DNA of 10,755 bases, taken from a bacterium. GTDB taxonomy: Bacteria; SAR324; NAC60-12. The stretch covers positions 1 through 10,755 of the forward strand of contig CBDDTI010000258.1 of the NCBI GenBank assembly GCA_965233585.1, in the 5' to 3' direction. Positions within the stretch are counted from its first letter, which is position 1, and every line of letters begins with the position of its first letter. The notes under the pieces were generated by a model. That model had not been told where the DNA came from, ran no database searches, and saw only the letters and a list, made by a program, of their open reading frames with translations. The position numbers were made by a program, and so were the translations under genes. This document shows positions 1-7,015 of the stretch, one piece after another.

Positions 1-94
1 CGAGTTAGGAGGTGGGTTATGTGAGTTGCCACGAGTCTCCTGAGATGTTGCGAGTGACCGAAGGGAACGAGTAACAAGTGGTGTAATGCCACTC

Positions 95-268
95 GGGGCC
101 ATCCACAAACTAAGTAGACACTTAGGGGGGAGGGGGGGGGTCAGCCAACTGTTTACTCTAGGGGGTATTTAGAGGCTTTTTTATTGCAAAAAAAGCTAAA
201 ATTGTCTACGTGGGGGAGGGGGGGTCAAAATTTCCGGAAAAGGGTCTACGTAGTTTGTGGATGGCCCC
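95..268. mobile_element. MITE-like unit 1 with 25-bp terminal inverted repeats
   Basis: Begins GGGGCCATCCACAAACTAAGTAGAC and ends GTCTACGTAGTTTGTGGATGGCCCC (reverse complements, 1 mismatch). Non-coding interior with G tracts. Confidence 0.75.
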
Positions 269-296
269 TTATCTTACCAAAATTTTTTCAAAATTT

Positions 297-470
297 GGGG
301 CCGTCCACAAACTACATAGACACTTAGGGGGGAGGGAAGGTCAGCTAATTGTCTACTTGGGGGGGGGGTATTTAGAAGGTTTTTATTGCAAAAAAGCTAA
401 AATTGTCTATGTGGTGGGGGAGGGGGGGTCAAAATTTCTGAAAAAGTGTCTACGTAGTTTGTGGATGGCC
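297..470. mobile_element. MITE-like unit 2 (right TIR 2 nt short)
   Basis: GGGGCCGTCCACAAACTACATAGAC ... GTCTACGTAGTTTGTGGATGGCC, with the same internal layout as unit 1. Confidence 0.72.
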
Positions 471-516
471 ACGAGGGAACACAAGGGAACGAGTAACAAG
501 TGGCGTAATGCCACTA

Positions 517-690
517 GGGGCCGTCCACAAACTAAGTAGACACTTAGGGGGAGGGGGGTCAGCCAACTGTCTACTCCAGGGGGGTATTTAGAGGCTTTTT
601 TTTAATTGCAAAAAAGGCTAAAATTGTCTATGTGGGGGAGGGGGGGTCAAAATTTCCGGAAAAGGGTCTACGTAGTTTTTGGATGGCCCC
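517..690. mobile_element. MITE-like unit 3 (copy of unit 1)
   Basis: GGGGCCGTCCACAAACTAAGTAGAC ... GTCTACGTAGTTTTTGGATGGCCCC. Shares the unit-1 diagnostics CTAAGTAGAC and TTTCCGGAAAAGGGTC. Confidence 0.75.
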
Positions 691-718
691 TTATCTTACC
701 AAAATTTTTTCAAAATTT

Positions 719-904
719 GGGGCCGTCCACAAACTACATAGACACTTAGGGGGAGGGAAGGTCAGCCAATTGTCTACTTCAGGGGGGGCGGGGGGGGGGG
801 TATTTAGAGGGGTTTTATTGCAAAAAAGCTAAAATTGTCTACGTGGTGGGGGAGGGGGGGTCAAAATTTCAGAAAAAGTGTCTACGTAGTTTGTGGATGG
901 CCCC
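719..904. mobile_element. MITE-like unit 4 (copy of unit 2)
   Basis: GGGGCCGTCCACAAACTACATAGAC ... GTCTACGTAGTTTGTGGATGGCCCC. Shares the unit-2 diagnostics CTACATAGAC, GGGAAGGTCAG and AAAAAGTGTC. Confidence 0.75.
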
Positions 905-1146
905 TTTCGCAAAACATAAAGATAATGTTAGATTTTAGGATGAACTGTTCTTGAGCAGAGTTTATTTTGATAGAGATGGATTTGAAGTTGGAGGTCTAGA
1001 CAGGCTCTTTCGAGCTCGATGTAGGCACATTTCTTCTCAAAACGTTCTCAAAACACCTTAAAACAGTCTTAAACGGGCTTTTAACCATCCGTTTACGCAT
1101 AAAAACCATCTTGAAGCGCTCTCAAACCACCTTGATGGCATCTACA

Positions 1147-1392
1147 TTGAGCCTGTTGCAGGCTCAATCGAGCCTGTTTTTGTCTGTAATCGGCCTGCAA
1201 CCGGCTTGTTTTCGTCTGCAAACGGCTTGCAACAGGCTCAATCGAGCCTGTAATCGGCCTGCAACCGGCCTGTTTTCGTCTGCAATCGGCTTGCAACAGG
1301 CTCGATTGAGCCTGTAATCGGCCTGTTGCAAGCCGATTGCAGACGAAAACAGGCCGATTACAGGCTCAATCGAGCTTGTTGCAGGCCAATTG
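1147..1392. repeat. Palindromic array: 64-bp direct repeats built from 10-11 bp subunits, followed by an inverted copy
   Basis: CTGTAATCGGCCTG at 1184, 1248 and 1312 (period 64). The hairpin CAGGCTC-AATC-GAGCCTG recurs. Perfect 36-bp inverted arms at 1266-1301 and 1321-1356. Confidence 0.92.
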
Positions 1393-1460
1393 TAGTCAAA
1401 AACAAAGCTGTATTTCAGTATATTGTTAAACCTTGTTCAGATAACACTTGTTGCAAAATC

Positions 1461-1766
1461 ATGCTTCACAATAAAAATTTGTTTCAAAAAAATCCAAAAG
1501 AAGACGGCATTCTGCAACACATCTCAATTCTTCTCAACTCTATAAACAAAACTTTAAAACTGCTAGAGCAAGAAGTATCACTTTATTGTCAAGACGTCAA
1601 AAATCACACGTTTTTATTTTATGGTCCAAGAGATGATTTTGAAACTCGTGCACAAATCATTCCTGTCATTCAAAAAGAACTAGAAGTGTACCATTATTAC
1701 AAAAAAACTTTGGAACTTTTGTACATAATTTTTGCTCAAAGTTTTTACACTCAGTTTTTTTGTTAA
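1461..1766 (+). CDS. Hypothetical protein, 101 aa (MLHNKNLFQK...YTQFFC), probably helical
   Basis: ATG at 1461 in an AAAATC context inside ORF 1326..1766, whose upstream part is only translated repeat. Amphipathic stretch LQHISILLNSINKTLKLLEQEV. No family recognised. Confidence 0.5.
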   Translation: MLHNKNLFQKNPKEDGILQHISILLNSINKTLKLLEQEVSLYCQDVKNHTFLFYGPRDDFETRAQIIPVIQKELEVYHYYKKTLELLYIIFAQSFYTQFFC

Positions 1767-1955
1767 AACATCAATATTCCAAATAATGTCAATTTTATTA
1801 TGACCCTAATTCCTGTCATTCAAAAAGAACTAGAAGTGTACCACTATTACAAAGAAATAACTTTTGATCTTTTGTACAAAATTTAACTTTACACGCAATG
1901 TTTTTGTTTTAGTCAACAATATTTCACATCAATATTTTAAAATAATGTCAATTTT
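1659..1955. repeat. Diverged ~150-bp tandem duplication
   Basis: TCCTGTCATTCAAAAAGAACTAGAAGTGTACCAyTATTACAAA at 1661 and 1811. Both copies end with ACATCAATATT..AAATAATGTCAATTTT (~1768-1797 and ~1926-1955). Confidence 0.9.
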
Positions 1956-2178
1956 TGACTCATCGTCGGAAAGTGAAGATGAACAAGAAATTACCACACA
2001 CAACAATTTTGTAGAAGAAGATGTTTCGCCTGGTCTAATGAGTTGCTTGTACATTTTATGGATGTTACTTGGTTTATTCGTTTTATTTGAATATCATTAT
2101 CAATTATATTATGTAAATGTCAATAATAATATTAATAATTCATTTTTCCGTCAAAATACAAACGATTTATTAATTTAA
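1945..2178 (+). CDS. Small single-pass membrane protein, 77 aa, with an acidic N-terminus
   Basis: ATG at 1945: MSIFDSSSESEDEQE..., then the hydrophobic segment LMSCLYILWMLLGLFVLF and an Asn-rich tail. Confidence 0.6.
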   Translation: MSIFDSSSESEDEQEITTHNNFVEEDVSPGLMSCLYILWMLLGLFVLFEYHYQLYYVNVNNNINNSFFRQNTNDLLI

Positions 2179-2332
2179 CGTGCAATGTTTTATCTTTTCC
2201 AACGCGTGTCTTTCGTTCCTTTTTCACTCAATTCATGCAACACTGCACAATTCATTGATTTAGCATGCAATGTGCATTGAAGCGCACAATGTTTTATGTG
2301 CAATATATATGCAGTCAAAATTGACTCTTATT

Positions 2333-2339
2333 TATAAAA
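2333..2339 (+). promoter_or_regulatory. Candidate TATA box for the mucin-like gene
   Basis: TATAAAA ~120 bp upstream of ATG 2455. The AT-rich context makes a chance match possible. Confidence 0.3.
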
Positions 2340-2454
2340 AATATGTGTCTGAGCGCGTTTTAGCTGTAATTTTTTATTATACAAATAAAAATCTTGAATT
2401 CTGTAATTAAAAATTCTCACTTTGAACCAAAATCTTCAACAATTAACAACAGTC

Positions 2455-3491
2455 ATGAAATTTTTGACTTTATTTTTTTGTGTCATTTTTTTGACGCAAA
2501 ATTCCTTCGCCCAAAACATCACTTTTTGGAAAAATATTTTAGAAAAGGCTTCTGGATTTTCTGCCCCATTAAAGACCACCAGCTCCACAACCACCACCAG
2601 CTCCACAACCGCCACCAGCTCCACAACCACCACCAGCTCCACAACCACCGCTTCCACTTCTACCGCCGTTGCAATTATTACGTCCACCACCGCTCCGTTA
2701 AAGACCACTACAATTTCTTCAACAACATCAATTTCTACTACCATCGACAGTGTCACCACCACTGTGTCAACCAACAATTTAACAACCACCACAACTTTTG
2801 CAACATCTACTATTAGTCCTGCAACTACCACAATCAGTCCCACAACCGTAATAAACTCCTCTACCGTTCCTGACAAATTCACTTTTGACAGTAAGTTTGA
2901 TTTGTTTTAGTTTTATTTTATTTTCTCTAATAATTATATTACTATTTTGCAGACGGATTCAAATTGGTGGTTTTTGTTATTCTCGTAGTCGTTTGTCTTT
3001 TGGTGATAACCTTGACAATTAAATTTTGGAAATTTAATTCCCAACTGGCTAAACACAATTCTGAAGTAATTTTTTTAAATAAAAAATTTCTGTTTGATAT
3101 TATTATAATTTTTATTTATTTTAGTTTATTGAAATGTCAACTCTTCGTTGCAAAACAAAGAGTCAAAATTCAATACCTTCTTCACAAGCTGATAACAACG
3201 TGTTGCCAGAAACATGCGACAAAAAAATAAACACCGACGAGTCATATTTGTCAAATTTAAGGGTAAGAAATTAATCTTTTATTTTTTCAAAATTAATTAT
3301 AAAATTACTTTATTATTTATTAGAAATATCAATTCCGTCCGTTGTACCGCCCAACACCATCATATCCACGCACTTCGCTTCACAGACAACGGGCAGCATT
3401 TTTCAACGATTCTTTAAATTCCGTCACCACCGCTCAAATGGAATATTCTTCATCCGCCTCTTCTCTTTTTCATCCGCCCACTTCACATTAA
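2455..3491 (+). CDS. Mucin-like type I membrane glycoprotein, 284 aa, 4 exons: join(2455..2890,2953..3065,3125..3262,3324..3491)
   Basis: Signal peptide MKFLTLFFCVIFLTQNSFA; Thr/Ser-rich ectodomain with N-glycosylation sequons (NIT, NLT, NSS); TM segment LVVFVILVVVCLLVITLTI followed by KFWK; Ser/Pro/Tyr cytoplasmic tail. Introns 2891-2952 (GTAAGT..TTTTGCAG), 3066-3124 (GTAATT..TTTTAG) and 3263-3323 (GTAAGA..TATTAG) give an uninterrupted 855-nt frame. AATAAA at 3563. Confidence 0.85.
2575..2646 (+). repeat. Coding minisatellite, 4 x 18 bp (TTSSTT)
   Basis: ACCACCAGCTCCACAACC x4, with one A>G change in copy 3. Confidence 0.95.
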
Positions 3492-3594
3492 ATTTACTTT
3501 ATTTATATTTATTGTATTAGTAAGTAAGATATTTTAGAGTATGCGCATCTCTGTTATTTTGAAATAAACATATGTACATAGTAACCGCCTTGTC

Positions 3595-4803
3595 TCACTG
3601 TGGAATTACGGGTAGTTTTTTCTTAATGCCAAAACACAATTCCATAAATGCCTTTGTTATTTCTTCCAATCCTCTCAATGGCACCTGGATTTTCATAATT
3701 TTTGTTGAATATTGTTGGTTGTTCTCATTGTACTAAAAAAAGATACGGTTTAGAAGTGAACAATTCTTTCACTATCATTTTTACTTACGTGTTCCTTTTT
3801 CATGTAGATTACCGGCCAGGTCGACAATCCTCCTGCTTTTTGTATATGCCTTAAACCAGTTATCCCTACAGTCACTTGAGGATTAAGGTATACCACCTTA
3901 TACATTGGTTTTATTGGAAGGCTAACGCTTTTTTCGTCCACCTTTTTGTTCTTGATTAGTTCAATAAACTTTTTTAGTGTGGCTGGATTTATATACATGT
4001 ACTGAAATAAAAACTTAATCATTTCTGCAATAAAACGAATCAAATTAGAATTTCAAAACTTACGTTGTCCGGTCCAAAAAAGTATGCTTCTCTGGTAGAA
4101 TGTTCCTTTTGCCATTCCACAAAATCAATGTCTCTAGTGTCGGCCATTTTCTCAGTTGTCCAATTTCGAAAAAATACTTTTTGCTCCTCTTCATTCATTA
4201 AAATCTGGTACGTCATCAACGATGCGCCTTCATAAACCGCATGGTTGTTAATTTCATTTTCTAAAACCAGCTTCTTTTTTTTCGGTTTGGTTCTTTTCTT
4301 TCCTAAAATGTCTTGAGTCTGTTCATCAAGGTCTGCGTCCTCACTGACCTCATTGTCGTCATCATCATCATCATCATCATTATTTTCTGAACTTTCATCG
4401 CTCGGTTCTTCTACATCGGTTGAAACATCATCAGAGTCAGAAGTCAACTCTTCCACTTCTGATTCTTCAGTTTCTTCAGACGTAACATCAGTTTCTGACG
4501 ATGACATGTCTTCTTTCTTTTTTTGCTTTTTATCTTAAATAACATACAATATGGTTAATAAGGCCCACGCATATAAAAATTTATAAATTTGAAATTACCG
4601 GTTTTTAATTTATGTTTTTTATTTGAATTCTTCTTGGACTTCTTCTCACTCCCATGTTTTTTCTTATCAGCCTTTTTATCATTCTTTTCCGTCTCCTTTT
4701 TGGTCTTTTTTTTCTTCTCGTCCTGAATGGTCTTATGATTGTCCTCTTCGGCATTTTTTATGCGAGAATTTAATTTTCTCCTCTTTGCTGGTGATTTCTT
4801 CAT
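3595..4803 (-). CDS. Nuclear-type protein, 341 aa, 4 exons: complement(join(3595..3732,3789..4001,4064..4533,4599..4803)); Lys-rich N-terminus, Ser/Asp/Glu tract, globular C-terminus (possibly PC4-like)
   Basis: Minus-strand introns 4598-4534 (GTAATT..TTTAAG), 4063-4002 (GTAAGT..TTTCAG) and 3788-3733 (GTAAGT..TTTTTAG) join ORFs 4555-4803, 4040-4507, 3750-4043 and an unlisted last exon (YNENNQQYSTKIMKIQVPLRGLEEITKAFMELCFGIKKKLPVIPQ*) in frame, 1026 nt in total. The first intron is the least certain (AAG acceptor); the alternative start is ATG 4507. Confidence 0.78.
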
Positions 4804-5232
4804 ATTCTTTTCTTAAATGCGGGTTATTTATTCAAAGCAGAAATCCACACTGGCATCCAATAGAAAAAATTCCGTTCTTTTAAACCTTTTTCAAAGTTTA
4901 TTGCCTGCTACCAACTAGAGCTGGTTAACACCCTAAAACGACCCAACCCCAAGTGTGTGTGGACAAATGGTTGATACAATCATGGAATAAAAATTTTAAA
5001 TAAAGGACCATGCACGTGATTAAGATTTTAAAAAAACTAAAAAATGACAGGAACATAAATTTTCTTTTGTTTTAAGTATTTAACAGAGATAATGCGAAAT
5101 AGTGACCATAAATTTTATTGTCACAAAACTGCTTGACCGGAATATCGGTCAGAATTTTTCTCATGCAGTTATTTCTTTCCTGCAATTAGTCTATATACCG
5201 TTTAAGAAGTGAGCGCTTGCTGCTAAAATTTG

Positions 5233-5269
5233 TATAAAAGTCGGGATATATATTTTCATTCCGTCATTC
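5233..5269 (+). promoter_or_regulatory. Pol II core promoter candidate: TATA box plus initiator-like TCATTC
   Basis: TATAAAAG at 5233-5240, TCATTC at 5256 and 5264 (about 25-33 bp downstream), ATG at 5336. Confidence 0.55.
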
Positions 5270-5335
5270 TATCTTTGTTCAAGAAGTCTTCTACTCAAAC
5301 TACCCCAACTCAATTTTAAGGTAAAATAATAAAAT

Positions 5336-6145
5336 ATGCCTGGTCTTAACAACACCCAATCTCGTCAAGTAGCTCATGACTCGCAAGGGTTAAGGGTTAC
5401 CCTAAATCTTGCCGATGATTCAACATCGGGTCTCAACGTCTCCAATTCTGCTGGTGATTCAACATCAGGCCTTAACTTCATCAATTCTGCCGATGATTCA
5501 ACATCGGGATCTCCAACTGTTGTGCCAATTGGTCGAGGTGAAAGGTTGACAAGACCAATTAACACGGTAAACCCCTCTTCTACCAATCACAGAGTTGGAC
5601 GAGGTGGGAGAGTTCTTCCTTCGTCTCGCCTTGAAGTTGATGATTCAACATCGACATGGTTTGGTCGCAACCCCGCAAATAATTTATTTGTCGGGCGTGG
5701 CGTTGGTCGAGGTCAACCAACCCAATCAAATACCGAGCCATCAACTTCTGCTCCAAGAGTTGGGCGGGAGGTTGGAGGCGGTGCTGGCAGGGGTGGAAGA
5801 TATTTTCATCCTTACCAGCGTCCGGCAAACCAAACTTCTGCCTCCACAACCTCCACAAGAAACGAAACTCGATCGAGTTCCGTTATCATTTTGGACAGCG
5901 AAGGGGAAGAAGTTGAAGAGGAGGAGGAAAGTTTTGCTAGGTCGAATGACGACCACCACCGATCTACTTACATTGCACATTTATTTAATAGAAGAAGATC
6001 CATTTTTAGTGTTAATGAAAGATATTTGGAGTCTTTTATTCAACAGCAAATACGTGTACTTGAGCATGAGAATATTTTTTTACGAGCTGAAGTTCGTCGA
6101 TTAAATATTCAATTATGCCGATTGATGGATTTGTTAATTTCTTAA
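5336..6145 (+). CDS. Largely disordered 269-aa protein with DSTS repeats, GRG/RGG repeats, an acidic tract and a C-terminal leucine-zipper-like coiled coil
   Basis: Intact intronless ORF downstream of a TATA box, followed by AATAAA at 6214. Heptad L-EHENIF-L-RAEVRR-L-NIQLCR-L. RYFHPY resembles a PY-NLS. Confidence 0.82.
   Translation: MPGLNNTQSRQVAHDSQGLRVTLNLADDSTSGLNVSNSAGDSTSGLNFINSADDSTSGSPTVVPIGRGERLTRPINTVNPSSTNHRVGRGGRVLPSSRLEVDDSTSTWFGRNPANNLFVGRGVGRGQPTQSNTEPSTSAPRVGREVGGGAGRGGRYFHPYQRPANQTSASTTSTRNETRSSSVIILDSEGEEVEEEEESFARSNDDHHRSTYIAHLFNRRRSIFSVNERYLESFIQQQIRVLEHENIFLRAEVRRLNIQLCRLMDLLIS
5405..5510 (+). repeat. Coding 39-bp (13-aa) tandem repeat x ~3
   Basis: TGATTCAACATC recurs with period 39 (NLADDSTSGLNVS / NSAGDSTSGLNFI / NSADDSTSG). 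A fourth dispersed copy lies at ~5641. Confidence 0.88.
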
Positions 6146-6243
6146 GTTATTTGAGTTTATTTTGTATATACTTATTGTGTAATGTATTATCAAAATTATT
6201 TTAAATTAATGTAAATAAATTTTGTTTTCAGAATTTGTAAGAC

Positions 6244-6963
6244 ATGCCGAAATCTTACGTTTGTCCTGAATGTCAAAAATCGTTTGTTAGAAAATCTTCT
6301 CGCGACAAACATCATTTATTCCGTCATCGCAAAACTACAAAATCTCAAACTCGGACTCCGCTTAATCAGTCGTTTCAATGCCCATTTTGCGAGAACAAAG
6401 TAAGTTCCTTTAAATCAAGAAAAGATTTAGTCTCTCACATTGATGCTTCTCATTTGGAAAATTTACAATATTTATTACACAAATCAGCACTTAACGGAAA
6501 AATCAAATTTTATCGAAAACACATTTTTTCGAAAGAAACACTTAATGGTTTTGCTGCAAATAAAAAAAATAAACAAGAAATAGTTGACGTTATTCGTCAC
6601 GAATTAAGTAAAACTTTTACGGTTAAAGTCGCCCTTATTTTGACAGCAGCGTATCAAATTCCTGATTTGAATTCCGCTGCAGAGAAAAAAGACATTGAAT
6701 CAGATAATACCGATATTAGTGATATTTCTAAAAAACCTTCTGATCAGTCGTCGCTTGCAATATTGTCCAATGATCGAGATGTCTTTGCTTTAAGAACCAG
6801 CTACATTCAATTCACGTCTTTTGATTCATCTCGCTCGTTAAAAGGCAAGGTCCAAAAATTATTAAATAATTTAGTAAATCGAGAAGAAGATTTGTTGATG
6901 AGAGGTTCCGGATGGAGATTTGAGTCTTTATCTTTTAGTGATATTCAAATTACTAGTTTTTGA
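6244..6963 (+). CDS. Double C2H2 zinc-finger protein ending in the GSGW module typical of the N-terminal region of Polinton-type PolB, 239 aa
   Basis: YVCPECQKSFVRKSSRDKHHLFRH and FQCPFCENKVSSFKSRKDLVSHIDASH. C-terminal EEDLLMRGSGWRFESLSFSDIQI. Confidence 0.85.
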   Translation: MPKSYVCPECQKSFVRKSSRDKHHLFRHRKTTKSQTRTPLNQSFQCPFCENKVSSFKSRKDLVSHIDASHLENLQYLLHKSALNGKIKFYRKHIFSKETLNGFAANKKNKQEIVDVIRHELSKTFTVKVALILTAAYQIPDLNSAAEKKDIESDNTDISDISKKPSDQSSLAILSNDRDVFALRTSYIQFTSFDSSRSLKGKVQKLLNNLVNREEDLLMRGSGWRFESLSFSDIQITSF

Positions 6964-7015
6964 TTTTTATGGACTTATTTTATCTTATTTAAAATATTTA
7001 AAATAAACTTTGGAA

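Larger units (their letters stand above)
61..904. repeat. Higher-order tandem duplication, 2 x ~422 bp (61-482, 483-904); each unit = spacer A + TIR element + spacer B + TIR element
   Basis: AAGGGAACGAGTAACAAGTGGyGTAATGCCACT starts at 61 and 483. Spacer TTATCTTACCAAAATTTTTTCAAAATTT starts at 269 and 691. Both offsets are 422 bp. Confidence 0.93.

Noticed and set aside
1..60. Polinton terminus (AG-type terminal repeats, TSD)
   Set aside because: No such terminal motif is visible, so the element boundary cannot be placed from this window.
499..517. Hairpin AGTGGC-GTAAT-GCCACT plus CTAG as a Helitron 3' end
   Set aside because: CTAG overlaps the stem rather than lying ~10 nt downstream, and the other copy reads CTCG.
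210..832. ORFs 210..539 and 632..832
   Set aside because: They are translations of the TIR repeat with non-ATG starts, and homopolymer length differences shift the frame between copies.
61..1392. CRISPR-like repeat/spacer appearance
   Set aside because: The spacers are themselves repeated, the units are far too long, no cas genes are present and the context is eukaryotic.
1093..1460. ORFs 1093..1296 (-), 1111..1317 (+) and the 5' part of 1326..1766
   Set aside because: They arise from the palindromic array; the 64-bp period is not a multiple of 3.
2394..2882. His-rich ORF 2394..2816 and Val-rich ORF 2436..2882 (-)
   Set aside because: These are shadow frames of the ACC/ACA Thr repeats in the mucin exon.
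3214..3417. ORF 3214..3417 and the 3' half of 2964..3230
   Set aside because: They read through introns or run out of frame with the spliced mucin-like gene.
4025..4063. Alternative 39-bp minus-strand intron using the TTGCAG acceptor at 4025
   Set aside because: It gives an immediate stop (AAA TGA) and falls below the 56-67 bp size range. The acceptor at 4002 keeps the frame.
4353..4883. Plus-strand ORFs 4353..4538 and 4623..4883
   Set aside because: They are antisense shadows of the acidic and Lys-rich exons.
5374..6104. Alternative-frame and antisense ORFs inside 5336..6145
   Set aside because: They lack recognisable features or expression signals, and the main ORF has TATA, ATG and AATAAA support.
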